Below are positions 25,204 through 37,586 of a stretch of DNA of 64,000 nt, one piece after another; within the stretch, counting starts at the first letter, position 1; every line of letters begins with the position of its first letter. Source of the stretch: Balanoglossus misakiensis (taxonomy: Eukaryota > Animalia > Hemichordata). The translations under genes were made by a program, and so were the position numbers. The DNA lies in contig CM082594.2 in NCBI GenBank assembly GCA_040954595.2, forward strand, positions 8,687,573 to 8,751,572, given 5' to 3'. The notes beneath the pieces were generated by a model. It saw only the letters and a list, made by a program, of their open reading frames with translations. It was not told the origin of the DNA and did not search any database.

Positions 25204-28200
25204 TATACTGAACAGTTCATTGCCTCGTTCTCAGTTTTACATAGCGCCCCCACTAGGCGTGAAGTTTGAAAGTGATGTTTTAAGGGTCAAAGGTCGCGAA
25301 TATGGAGGCTTCAGTTTCAGCGGGTGTTCTGCCACATCGTCGTAAACCACGACCTCTTCACGACTCTGGCTCGCGAGAATGTTCAGTCACCGTTCAGTGG
25401 GCACCACTGTGCCAAGGACGCAGCAGAAGGATGGTGGAGTGTGAACTCAATGATGGCGGATGAACAAATGATGGCGTATCCAGGAGACAAGGATCACGGC
25501 CGTGGACAGTTAAGTGTCAGAGGTCAAAGTTCGCGGAAAGACATTTTAGCTTTATTCAGGTAACAGAACACCATAGTAGTCTATCAATAACAATTCTGGT
25601 TTCATAAAATTCAGAAATCCAGAAATCCTGCATTGATAATACTAATTACATACATTAAATTGCATATATTATTTAAATATAGAAATTAATTGTTAATTAA
25701 CGTACATTCTGATGACTTTCAGATCAATTATCTGTAGCGTTCGCACAAACTGCGCTCAGAAACATATAAATAATTCTAAGGGCATAAAAAAGGAGGAGGA
25801 AATAGTCAGTTTTTAATTACTGCTGCTGGGTGGTATGGCCATCATCATTTATTATAGATTGTCTTCGTGAGATGAAGCCCATGCCCCAAATTAGACCAGC
25901 CGCACACACAGAAGGCTTGCTGATAAACAATTCTGTAGCAGGCGTTATGTAGTTGAAGGGCATCGGTTCTACGGTAGCTCATTAAAAATCTTTTTGTTTG
26001 GCCGAACCTTCTGTTTTGGTGGGATGGGTAATTTAAATATAACCGGGACCAAGCAAACAGAAAAGGAAAGCCAGGTGAAAGATAAAAACCTGCTCCAAAT
26101 GCTCCCTCGATTATTAATAAAATTGTAAATAGTGTCAGCCCTAACATGGTTGACAGTTCCAGTTATGGGACAATCGCGTTTGCGTCAGTGGCAGATATAT
26201 GATATGTTTGTAGCGACGTCGCCGATCAGGGCACAGCATCTATGACTTGAAATGTTGTCTACTGTCAGCTCAAAGCATTCATCATCGTGAGACGGTGTCT
26301 ATGAATGAAAGACGTAGTGTCCCGCAATCCGCTTGATCGTCTGTGTCCGTTAACGCATCGCGTGGTTATTGTGCAGTTGCCATAGAAGTAAGCTTTAAGG
26401 GCATAGAGCCATGGCACAGCAAAACCACAATACAAGATTCTTTGACAAAAACAATAGTCAGTTACTTTGTTTTCTACTTGTGACGTCTTGTAGATGTCCC
26501 TCTATTCAGTAGTCATTCAAAAACAGACAATGCTACCTGTTTTCATTGGACTCACTGCTTAATTGCTGTCGACTTCAGAACAACAATTTAATCAGTCTAT
26601 AATTAGTGCTTAGTAAAGACGCACGGTCACGACTACTGTTGATGATGTCATCAGTTGAACTTCGGCTTGTGTCGACTGGATTTCCCATTGAATATTCGCT
26701 TGTGGTCCCGGATTTCTGAAGTTCTACGTGTACATGTAGTATTTGCGCGGTCTCGAAATAATGAAGCGCGCCACCTTCACCAATGGTGAAGACGTCAACA
26801 GTTTAGTCACGATTGATTTAAATTAGGTAAGTCGGGTCGTTGGAATCCGTCAGGTATCGTCTAAGGATTTGTAGTCTTCAGTGCGTGTATAGCTCTTGTT
26901 CCTGTGGTATAAAACCACTCATCATTCGAAAGTTGAATAAAAATGTGCAAATTCGATGAAAAGGGTTTAATTCAAGGTTTACGTAAAGTTAATTGTTTGC
27001 CAGAGTTGCCGACTCAAATTTAAATTTGAATCGCCGCTTACAGACGAACACTGGACAAAGGCCGTAGATGGACTTCCGACCTCGAAGATAATCCCCTTTA
27101 CTCTCTCGTGTATATTCACGGAAGTTGTTAACCTGTAGTCTCATAAGTGGCCCTTGGCCAACCCCGAGAATCATACAGACCTTTTGTGTGCAGATATGCA
27201 AGTACACGTGTTCCAAATTTGCCAAAGACATCATGGACACAAATGAAGTGTATTTTGAATCACGATTGTCCAAGGGATTGCCTGTAAAGATATCATAACA
27301 CATTCCTTATAGAGTAGTAACCAGTATATGTTTATCGCCGTGTTTTTTTTGTTTGTTTGGACTAGCTGTCCCTTGCACGTTCTTGTAGAAATTTTACTAG
27401 CGTAAACTTATGGACTGTGACCAAATTTATCGCTTTCACTTATCTATTGGCCTGACGTCACCATAGGCACATAAAATGTACCACGGATTGAAGCACCACC
27501 CCTCAGTTCAATTGCCCATAATCCAGCTTCCGATTGTACACAGTTCTATGTTCTATTGTTTCTACACAAAACCGGGTTGGGTCTGAGAAGCTCCCCCCAA
27601 AATATGCGAGCCAAGAATGCCGGATGTGCTCGTCCCAGTATTAGAAATCATTGCCCGTTACCATGTCGATAAACACGCGATCCTGTACAAGCGTCTCTTG
27701 GCCACACACCTCTCCAGTGATCGATACCAACAGTGGTACACGTGTTGACACAAGCCCGTATTCACACGTCTGACACAATCCCCGACCGAATTCCTAATTG
27801 ATTCTCGTGTTTCGGATATCTTTAATTCATCTGTCGTATTGATTATTGTTTCTGTTAAAAGGCTTGTGACGTTTACCAGTGCCAATGGACATTTAGTCGC
27901 CTGACCCGACGGCGTCCAACTCTGATGTTGATTTCTTCAGCGTTGGATGACAACTTGAGGTACGTATAATACTTCATTTCTGTCCAAGATATGTTTGAAG
28001 TTTCAGGTGCTTATGAACATAAAATGTATTATAAAAAAAGAGATATGAATATTTCTATATTAGAATGCACATAAAGATTTAGTCCAGTGCGAATTTATCT
28101 TCGATTTTCTACTTGGTGGCCTGAACATCCTCCTCGTCGTCCAGTTTCCGCTTTCCTGTCACGTCTCAGTCACGGGCAGCAAATTAAGGAACACACGTCA

Positions 28201-31200
28201 CCGACTAAGAAACCAGAGTTGTCGCTGATAACGTTAAATGATTAGCCTGGATAATTACACCAGTTCTAACCACACACTACGCCAGGCAATGAAGCCGGAT
28301 TAGAAAGTGTCTCTTGTATGTGTGTAGTCTAAATACGATAGTCACCCTGGGTGCATTCAATAATGATGTATCTGTGGTTTTTCCGAAGCTCTCTCCAGCG
28401 ATTTTATTTTAAGATCGAAATCGTGATTTGAAAGGGTCGTTTTCGCCCCTAATACATGAACACTTTTTCCGATTCGGTGTTTAATTGGCTTAAAGCTTCA
28501 TGAGTTACACCTCGAAAAATTGCTTAAGCTTTAGATAATATTGTACATGCTTTTAATTCCGTCTATTAAATGTTACTGACTGATAGTATATCAAGATAAC
28601 ACTTATTTAAGACGAAATGTCCAAAAATTAAAGAAATACAGTCAAAAATTCGCACAATTTAAACAAAATGAAATATGCAATGAAAAATGAAATGTAGACT
28701 AAAGTGAAATGTGCTTCTTTCAGATAGATTCAAAGGGCTCCGCTGGGTTTATTGACCAGCTTACAAGTGCCAAGCGAATCTGATTGGACCGCCAATGAGA
28801 CGTGATTGTCTATAACATACAGATCAACTCAAGAGGGCGAGTATCAAACACTAGTTACCCATAGTACTGCATGGAAATTCTAGTCGACCAATGGATGATG
28901 ACGATGGCAGACCGTCCCTAGACTAAGGTGAGAAATCCATTTTAGTTTCTTATTTTATCCCACATTTGCCTCTATAGAAACTGAACATGGGCAATAACGT
29001 TATAAAATGGACTTGGTGTTTTGTGAGTCAGTTCTGTGGTGACGTCTTGTTGTTACGGTGCAGAACACTTTCTGAGATGCGTTGGCTCAGAGAACCCGTC
29101 GTCACGAACATATTCACCTGTGCGAGGCTAGGTGTTTCAAATTGGTGACACACCAGTTCGTTGTGTCTCACCGTCCCACGATCGATAAAAGTTGCCATGG
29201 GCATATAAATGCAGTTCCAAAGGCCTCAGAATGAATGTAATTGTGCGCTGTGAATCAGGGGCAGTGGAGTGTGGAGAAGGTTGCAAGGCGTGACCTTTTA
29301 TCCATAACAGGTGACTCTTAGAAAAAAAGCACATGGTCGCGTTTGGTAGTGTCATTGTTGTCTTTAGTCTGTAAAATTTGTCGACAGGATCTTCATGAGG
29401 GAGGTGGCGGGGTAGATTGAATATAGCCTAACCCATGAAAAAAAGTCCAAAGATGACAAAATCACCAAATCAAGCAAAGTCAGTTGACAATTTTCATGAG
29501 CTATAATCCATGACAACTGTCTAAAATGACAAAATCCACCCACTCCCCCTTTGCGATTTATTCCCATCTTGCTTGAAAATACCTTTCTCTATCTTTCGCC
29601 ATATCCCCTTACATACTTCATTCTTAATGCAACTGAAGTGGATAAAATGAAATCAAGCCTTTAGACCTTCCGGTTGGTTTGGAATAAATCCACTTTTTAT
29701 TCATTGTATTTCGTCATGCAACTGCCAACAATGAAACGTTGGTGCAGTTGACCTGTGTGGCCCCTCAAAGTGCCCTTTGTCGGGAAACACTATTGGTCAA
29801 CGTAAATGTTGGGCCAGATTGTAGTTACCAAGTTTCATGCGCTCGGCCTGCTGGCCAAGGATCCTCAAGTCTCGTTTGCATAACAACTGCACCTTTATAC
29901 CACATTCTCCGTGTAACTTGTTGCTTGCCATGTAACACTGTACACCTGACACCTACACCACAAAGCTGTAGACAAAGCTGAATACCCCGGCGTACCACTC
30001 AGCTCAAACACTCCAAGTGAAAGCCACGGGACCCAATGTAGCCAGAATTGTCCTGTATATATTGTTCAATTTCGCGACGAGTTGAAGGCTCAAGATGGAA
30101 GAAGCTCATTGGTTTTGGGAGGAGCTCCCGCAGCTGTGGCAAATCATGGGGGTAGAAGATTTTGCTTTTACTCTTGTAAGTAATTTCATACGTCATTCGA
30201 ATCCGCCCGCCCCGTTTTCGAGCGTACGACTTTCCGTTTGGAACGCACTTGGCATGATTAGGAGGCACTCTGATTTAAGCTCACAGTTTCTACAGACTGA
30301 CAGCGTTCAGGCTTTCCACGGCACACAATCATGAATTTCTCTGTCTGCTTTACGTAACAAGTGCAAATTAGACGCAGGTAAATTTGCCCTCTGTCAACAG
30401 CGTATGTAATTCAAGACTCTTGTTTGCCCGTAAAATTAGTACCAGTCCCTTTACTCTCGGTTGCTCATACCAAATACCACGTAATATGCCCTGTGAAATT
30501 CCCCAAACTAAAGCCTTCAAACATGCACCGTGGTGTTGATATTTCTCTGTTCGGATCAATACACACTCATACGTGTTAATATGGCCGCACATTGTCCACC
30601 TGGTTCATTATAATACACCAGGTGTTAAGTGTGATGGCAGCCATTACTGACTCGTAAATTTGGTGTTAGAATTTGGTATGAATCAGGAATTTTGGGGAGT
30701 TTTAGGTTTGTAAGCATCATACATCTGCTCTGCAGTAGATTTTAATATTCATTATACGATAGAACCGGTTCCAAAATATTTGCTGCAAATAGTCAAATGC
30801 GCTCAGCTATGTTGAAACCAAGCCAATCTAATCCCCATTTCATTGTCTATCGCTCTTTCACACACGTACTGTTTCAAGTTCCAAACAGATTAACTGTACC
30901 ATAAAGGGAGATTACCACATAACAGTCCTAGCAACAATTTGTCCAAAGACCATTAGCATCTTAATCTGTGTAGTTTTTCCTATAGCTGAAGATTTATTCT
31001 CCTTGAGATATTTACCAAGACGCACAGAGTGTTGACCGGCGATATCGCTGCGTCCACTCTTCATGTTTACAAGGCTGTGGTTCATTGGTAATTTACTTGA
31101 CCAGCCAAGCACGTCGGTAACGGGAGGAAATCTAGTCAGTTAAACGGGGATTTTTTGTCAACGATTCTAGTCTTCTGTCAAATTATTTCTTGTAAATTCC

Positions 31201-34200
31201 ATGCACGAAGATTGGTAGCCAGGGTTTGACAACAGTCCCTCGAAGACACATATTACAACGCTCTACTGGTACATTACTCAGGGGAAACCTGGGTCTTTGT
31301 AATGTTTCATAGCATTTTAAACCATTTAGGCTGTCTGGGTCAATAAACTTGGTATTCAGTGAAACCCTTTAGGGGAAGGTCCACCGCGGTTTGTGATGGT
31401 GTATGGTGTATACCCTAAGATGGACCTCACCTGCGACTGGTTTTATTAACAACAGAGTGACGTCACATAACTTTGGTGTAGATTACCGCCAGGAGATCAC
31501 ATGGCCAAATCTGTTGTAACGGTCAGTGGTGTTTTAATGGCGGATCCATTCCACCACTTTCAACGTTTCGAGAATCACCCTAGCAAGTGAACGTACACAG
31601 AGCAATGCTCAAAGCAAAATGCAAACAAACATTACGATTTGTACTCCTGTGTATTAAACAGGTAATTGTCATCATTTCGTAAATAAATGAAGAAAAGCTA
31701 TAATTTTCGAATTTAGAGGGCGCCATAAAAGACCACCTGTTATTATGACGTAGGCCGCTTAGACGTATCTGATTTGATACCCACTAGCTGATATTCGTAT
31801 CTTATTGACAATCGCCATTTTGGCAGCTGATTTAGGTCGATCGAGAGATATTTATAGTCAACAAGTCAGCGAGGCGGTGACCTAAAATCATTAATCATCA
31901 CGAACCCCCTGACACCAGTCAGCTCAAACATACTGTTTACACTGACTCCGAAAATAAGCACAACAGTGATTTTAATAATTTCTGTTTGGTATTTCGATCC
32001 AAGATTTGTCCGGTTCGATATTTTAGGGTGTAAAGCAATTTGTCTTGACTTTCACTGGGGGTAAAACGCTGATCACCCTATTAGGAATACGTCACTTCCT
32101 CTGTTCAGTGGGCAATATAGGATTAAAGGTCACGATTAATACACCATTAATTTGCACTGTGGACCGTCCATATTGGCCAGAAGCACAGATACCAAAGAAT
32201 TTATCGATTTTTTGGAGTAAAAAATTGTTCAAATCTGTTACCAACAACACAATTTGCGAAGACATTCGAGATGCTCAAACGCCTCTCGCATATTGTCCAG
32301 TAATTTTTAAGGGAAAGTTCCCAACGTCTCACATCCATGCTGTCGACTGCAAAGGGATCCACAACCACAACGACATGGGGTGAAGTCGTGTCGAGGATAC
32401 CCAAGGGATACCAAGTGAACGGCAAAAAAGCGCCGTTTACGTTGGTGACGTGCTACGACAAACGCCACAAGATGTTGAAACTACAGCATCAAGTCTTCGG
32501 TGTTGGGGGACTCAAGGTAAAATCTTCATAAGTTGAAATTGGTCAGAATAGTTAGGAGAGAAAGTGACGGATTGTACCAGTATGATACCAGATGAGACTC
32601 AAAATTGCCCAGTAAACAAATGGCTGAACGACCTACACAGACTTTGGTCAGAACTGATACGCGGTTGCAAACTAAGAAATTTCAACGGTTAGGATAAAAT
32701 CGTCGAACTGTAATATTCTCATTCTACTGTGGGCGTTTTATTTTAATTTCCTCGTTTGCGCCAGCAAAACATGAAAGCAACGCCGGCGTCACAGATCATT
32801 ATTAATTCAACACCACTGGAAGGTGTGACGTCAAACAGACAGGAAAGTGTTACAACAGCAAGGAAAATGGTCAACATCTCGGATCTTCTATTAAATATTT
32901 GTTCGACGGTGATGCTCGGGGCGATAGAGTCCATATAGGATATCAGCGCGCTGGGAATAGATGCTTAATTTAAAGCAGTTGTAGACTCTTTCATATACTG
33001 CGCATTTTTTTGCATTCTATCCGTCATGCAACAAGCGACTAATGCTTCGACACGTTCATTTTAGTCAGTGACGTCACTGATTGTATTTTGTAAAGTGCAC
33101 GACATCGTGTACTGAAACGAACTTCCGACGTTTTTGTTCTTGACCGCGATTTACCAGGAAGTTCATGATGAGTCGTGATCTTTTCGTTGCAAACCCGGTT
33201 TGTCAAAATTTACGCACACATACGGAGATTTATGGTTTCGTCGGCCATTAACTCTCACGCCGTTAACGTTTCGGAAGATGTCAGGCGCGCGGGTCCCTAG
33301 TAACGGTGACGTCATGAGCTTGATCAGAGTTCGCAAATGTTGACAAACGTGGTACTTTCCGAAATCTGAGTAACTGTGTAGACATCTTTTGCTATGTGAG
33401 GAAAACGGACAAATGCCACTTGGGAAATCCTGAACAGTTCCAGCAAAGCTTCAAAATACTTGAGAATAAGGTATTGGCTGTTTTCGTTTTGTGAGATCCC
33501 GAAACCATATCTCCTCACCGCAAATAACATTGTAATTACGTACCATGTTGCATCTTTCAGCGAGAAACCAGTATCATTACTGTACAATTTGTGTTTCTTG
33601 AAATTTAAAAAATATCTATAGATGTAGTTAATTTCGCCATAATACTTCATCAATCTGGCCCGGGCCACATGCCGAGCCTTTTCAACAAGACCTGATAGAA
33701 AATTATTTTTCATCAGCATTTAGCGTAATGGTATACGCTTGCATAATGCGCTTTCATATTTGGGTTTTACTGCCGTTTGAAATAGCACGTGACCTTTCAC
33801 CTTTTTGTCATTTCTCACCCGGTCTGCCGAGTGCTGAAACAATATACACTCAGGATAGGCACGCCATTTGCAAAGGATTGGCCACGTCAGTCGCGTCTAT
33901 TCCAAGAGCGTTCTGGGATATTCCAGATTTCTGTCCGTCCCTATAAGATCTTGCCATCCATGATGGTAATCATGTAATTGGTGGTTTTGGATCGGTGACT
34001 GGCATTGTCGAGTGAGTACAAACCTTATTACAAGATACTGTTGTAAAGATGGCGACGATTTCTCGTAATCAAATGTCGTCATTGTTTGTGGATGGTCTTT
34101 TGGTTCGGGAACACCCCTACTTTCCCAAAGCCCGGGGATTTAGCGAAAGTTCTAAGTCACTTGTTTACTTGAAAACGCAGATTGTTCATGTTCAATTAAG

Positions 34201-35899
34201 CCACAGTTTCTAATAAGAAGAGGTCATTAGGATGTTTCGTACTCGGCGAACAGGGATAGATTTGAAGGAAAACCCAGAGTTCATTTTTGTTTTAAGCAGG
34301 TGATTTTGAGGCTAATGGAAAATGATACACACTTATGAACTAATTTGAGAAATAACGTGAGCGCTGGCTTGAGCGCGGTGGAGGGTGACAATCGCCCGCA
34401 GGTGTTTTTGTCCTCATATTCGTTGCCAGTGCATGCAGTTTATTAGGTCCGAGTCTTTCGTGTCCTGTTTGGTTGATAAATGATCATAATGACTGTATTA
34501 CTGCTCATTATTGTGAGGACAATTTATCGAGCTAAGATTTCTCGGATTCCCCTATCCTCAGAATGACAACAGATAATCTGCAAGTCACCGGCGTCCATGG
34601 TTCACACTGACCTTGAAAAATACCACTTAACGAGAAGTGGGCACAAAATAAGTAAGCAGTGTATTTAGAAGTCAACAAACCTAACGGAATGATGAAATGT
34701 GGGCAATATCAATTTCGAATAAGTTGGGTTTGGTTTCTTAGCTATGTCACAATTTTCAATTACGGCGCTTATTTAATTTGGCGATTTCTCATCACAACCT
34801 TTATTGGTGTTGCGTTTAATTCCGCTTTGTGTTATTTTACCTCATAAGGGCGTGCGATATAGGTGATGGGACATAGAACAGTTGTCATTTAACTGTTCTG
34901 ATGAACTGTTGAGTCCATGACTGTCGTTGTTTGCTTTTAAGTCTGGTTGAACCAAATCTGAGCGAAATCGTTTGTTCCGCCTAAAGCGCGTTTGGTATCC
35001 AAGTGAACAGTTAGCGCTTGGATATTTTGACAATTTTTCATTAATTCCTGGCCAGTAACGCTATATTTCCAGTTTTAAAGCTTCCCTTGATTTCCATGTT
35101 TGTTGTTTCAATTATTGGAAGGAATTCAGACTACTGGTCGTCATGGATACACTGTTGCTTAACCACCCGTGTCACAGTGGACACAACTCCGGTAACTATC
35201 AATCAAACCATGTGATGACTGATGTGAAACTTGCTAACCGTTATTTTTATGATTTGCCTAATAGCAAAGAGTTTCCAATTTCTGACCATTCAAGAGATTA
35301 TGCCGTCCATATTACGTCGATTCAAGACGGGAAAATTGCCCCTAAAAGCCTTTCGGGATAAATGTCGCGTAAAAGTTTTAAAATAGTCCCTGGTGGAAAT
35401 CTGAAGCCAGGCTTTCTCAACACGATTACAGTCATTAGCACACCAGTCATGCAAACCACGGTGCATGAACACGCATTACGAAAAGTCACTTATAAACATG
35501 TCCAGAAATTAATGGTTTTCCATGTTTATACTTATCTCATATATCACATTTTCTGTTGTGACTCTGCCCGCTTCAATAACCTGTTGCTTCTTACCAGCGA
35601 CGCGAAATACACCACAACAAATCAGAAAATTTTGGCCCGAGAGCGAATGTAAGATCCACTGGTCATCGCTTTGCCAACCATCATGTAAATGTCAGATCTG
35701 ATCGACATCGCGTCGTTTTGAGTCACTTTCCACGCAGACTTGTCTTTGCCAGTGTTTCTTGGTTCGTGGTCCGGCTGTGTATAGCTCGGATTTGCCTGGT
35801 ATTATAGAAAAGACAGTTTGCGGTGTCGACTCGGAAAAGGAAAGGTAGTAAACGACCAGTGAAGTACCTTCACCAGTACATCACTGCAACCTGTCGTCG

Positions 35900-35936
35900 G
35901 TTCAGCCATAGACATCTCCACTGTCTATGGTTCAGC
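35900..35936. mobile_element. CA..TG mini-hairpin with perfect 7-bp TSD (footprint)
   Basis: gttcagc [catagaca tctccac tgtctatg] gttcagc; perfect 8-bp stem and perfect TSD; same catagaca terminus as the 3597 copy. Confidence 0.7.
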
Positions 35937-37201
35937 GCGCACGACACAGGCTAATCCCACCATTTTGAGAGTTTTAACACGTCATCCGAAGGTATTGTGT
36001 GGTCGTTGTGTTTGCTTTGTTGCGTGTAGTGACATCTAACCTAAATATGAAAAGAACGACTGAAAAATAGGGCTTACTTAATTAAAGTTCCAACAATACG
36101 CGAGAGAGAGAAAATTCCTGTTCTGGCGGATCAGTCGTCAAGGGCATAATAATAGGGTGTTGGGACGAGATATGGCGGGAGTGACTTCTCGTTGGTAGTG
36201 ACTTTTTATAGGATGCCTGTCGGCCAGCGGTGTAAACGCCGTCAAAACGAGATGGCGCCGAATCAAAATGACACGGAACTGGAGTGTGGTCAAATTGAGG
36301 ACCGATACTGGACGATAGGCCGACTCGTTTGTCTCGGTTATACGAGTAGTAAACTCGAGGAGGTAGGCCTTAAAAGTTATGAAAATCAGACAAGACGCGT
36401 CACCTTGATTTTGTGAATGCAAATATCAGCCAGGATGATGGGTTCAGGTGTTCGTGATGAAGGTTAGATGTTCATAATTTTTCGCCTAGGTCTCTTTGTA
36501 ACACGATGACAAGGGTAGAATTATAATGAACGGCGAACACAGTTTATTTCTTACCACTTGTATGAGCTCGGCCGTAAAAATTCTCTCGTTGTCATAAAAT
36601 GTTGAACAACCAATGTACAAGTACATTGTAACCGTCATAGTAAACATCATACCATGCCTTGTACAACATACAAGCCAGTAAATCAACAATAGGCGGTGAG
36701 CTTAGATCAATCAACCGAACACGCCGTCCAGCGTAAACTTACAAATTGTAGGGTATCCGTGCAAGAAATATGTGGAATCTTATCTTCGGGGGACCAAGCG
36801 TACCACCGTGGTACTGTAATCGCGGAGGTTATCACGTCAAGCGTATAGTTTTAAAAACCGGCGTGACACCGGTTATATTTCACTGGGTAACGATGTATTC
36901 GCTCACCGTTGCTGTGCGTACCCTCTCTTCACCTGAGAGCCGGATTAAGCTTTTCGACAAGTAGCTTAAAACCCACTTGCCCTTGTGCTGACCTTAACAG
37001 CGCGCACAAGAAAAAATCAGATGACAAGCTAGCATTTATCAGGATAATTTTGGTAGTGGTTTGGGTAGACTTGGATGGATTGAACTTTAAAACGACGTAG
37101 GAACCAGGATTACCGTAGCAAAAACCTCAGCGCCGTCGTCGCCATCGGATAGCGACGTGACGTCGGCATTTGATCGATGTCTAAGCAGGCGCCTCCACTC
37201 A

Positions 37202-37241
37202 TTGGCACCGAGGAGCTACTACGGTAGCTCCGTGTTGGTAC
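37202..37241. mobile_element. Mini-hairpin with 7-bp TSD (degenerate footprint)
   Basis: ttggcac [cgaggagctac tacg gtagctccgtg] ttggtac; perfect inner 8-bp stem, TSD 6/7 identical. Confidence 0.45.
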
Positions 37242-37586
37242 GCGGTGATAAATCACTCACCGTGTCCCGAAGTCAAAGCCTCGATTGAAATGATATCCAT
37301 GCAACTATTGAGAGCCTGCAAACAATTTTAGCCCTTGGAAATATTTTCATGTTATCAGTTCAACACAACGTACATATGCCTCCATGAGTGAAGTGTCTAT
37401 ACGTCACTCAGTCTGAAGTTACTCTTTTGCTGGTCAAATTAAATTCTCCACAACCGTTGATAAATGCCTCAATTAAAAAAAAACAAAGCTTTTAATGTTG
37501 AAAAGAATTAATGCGAGAACTAGGATTTGCAAACTGCCGACTTTCTGACCAATGATTTCTCCTCTTGCTGTTCGTGTCTGTAGGAA

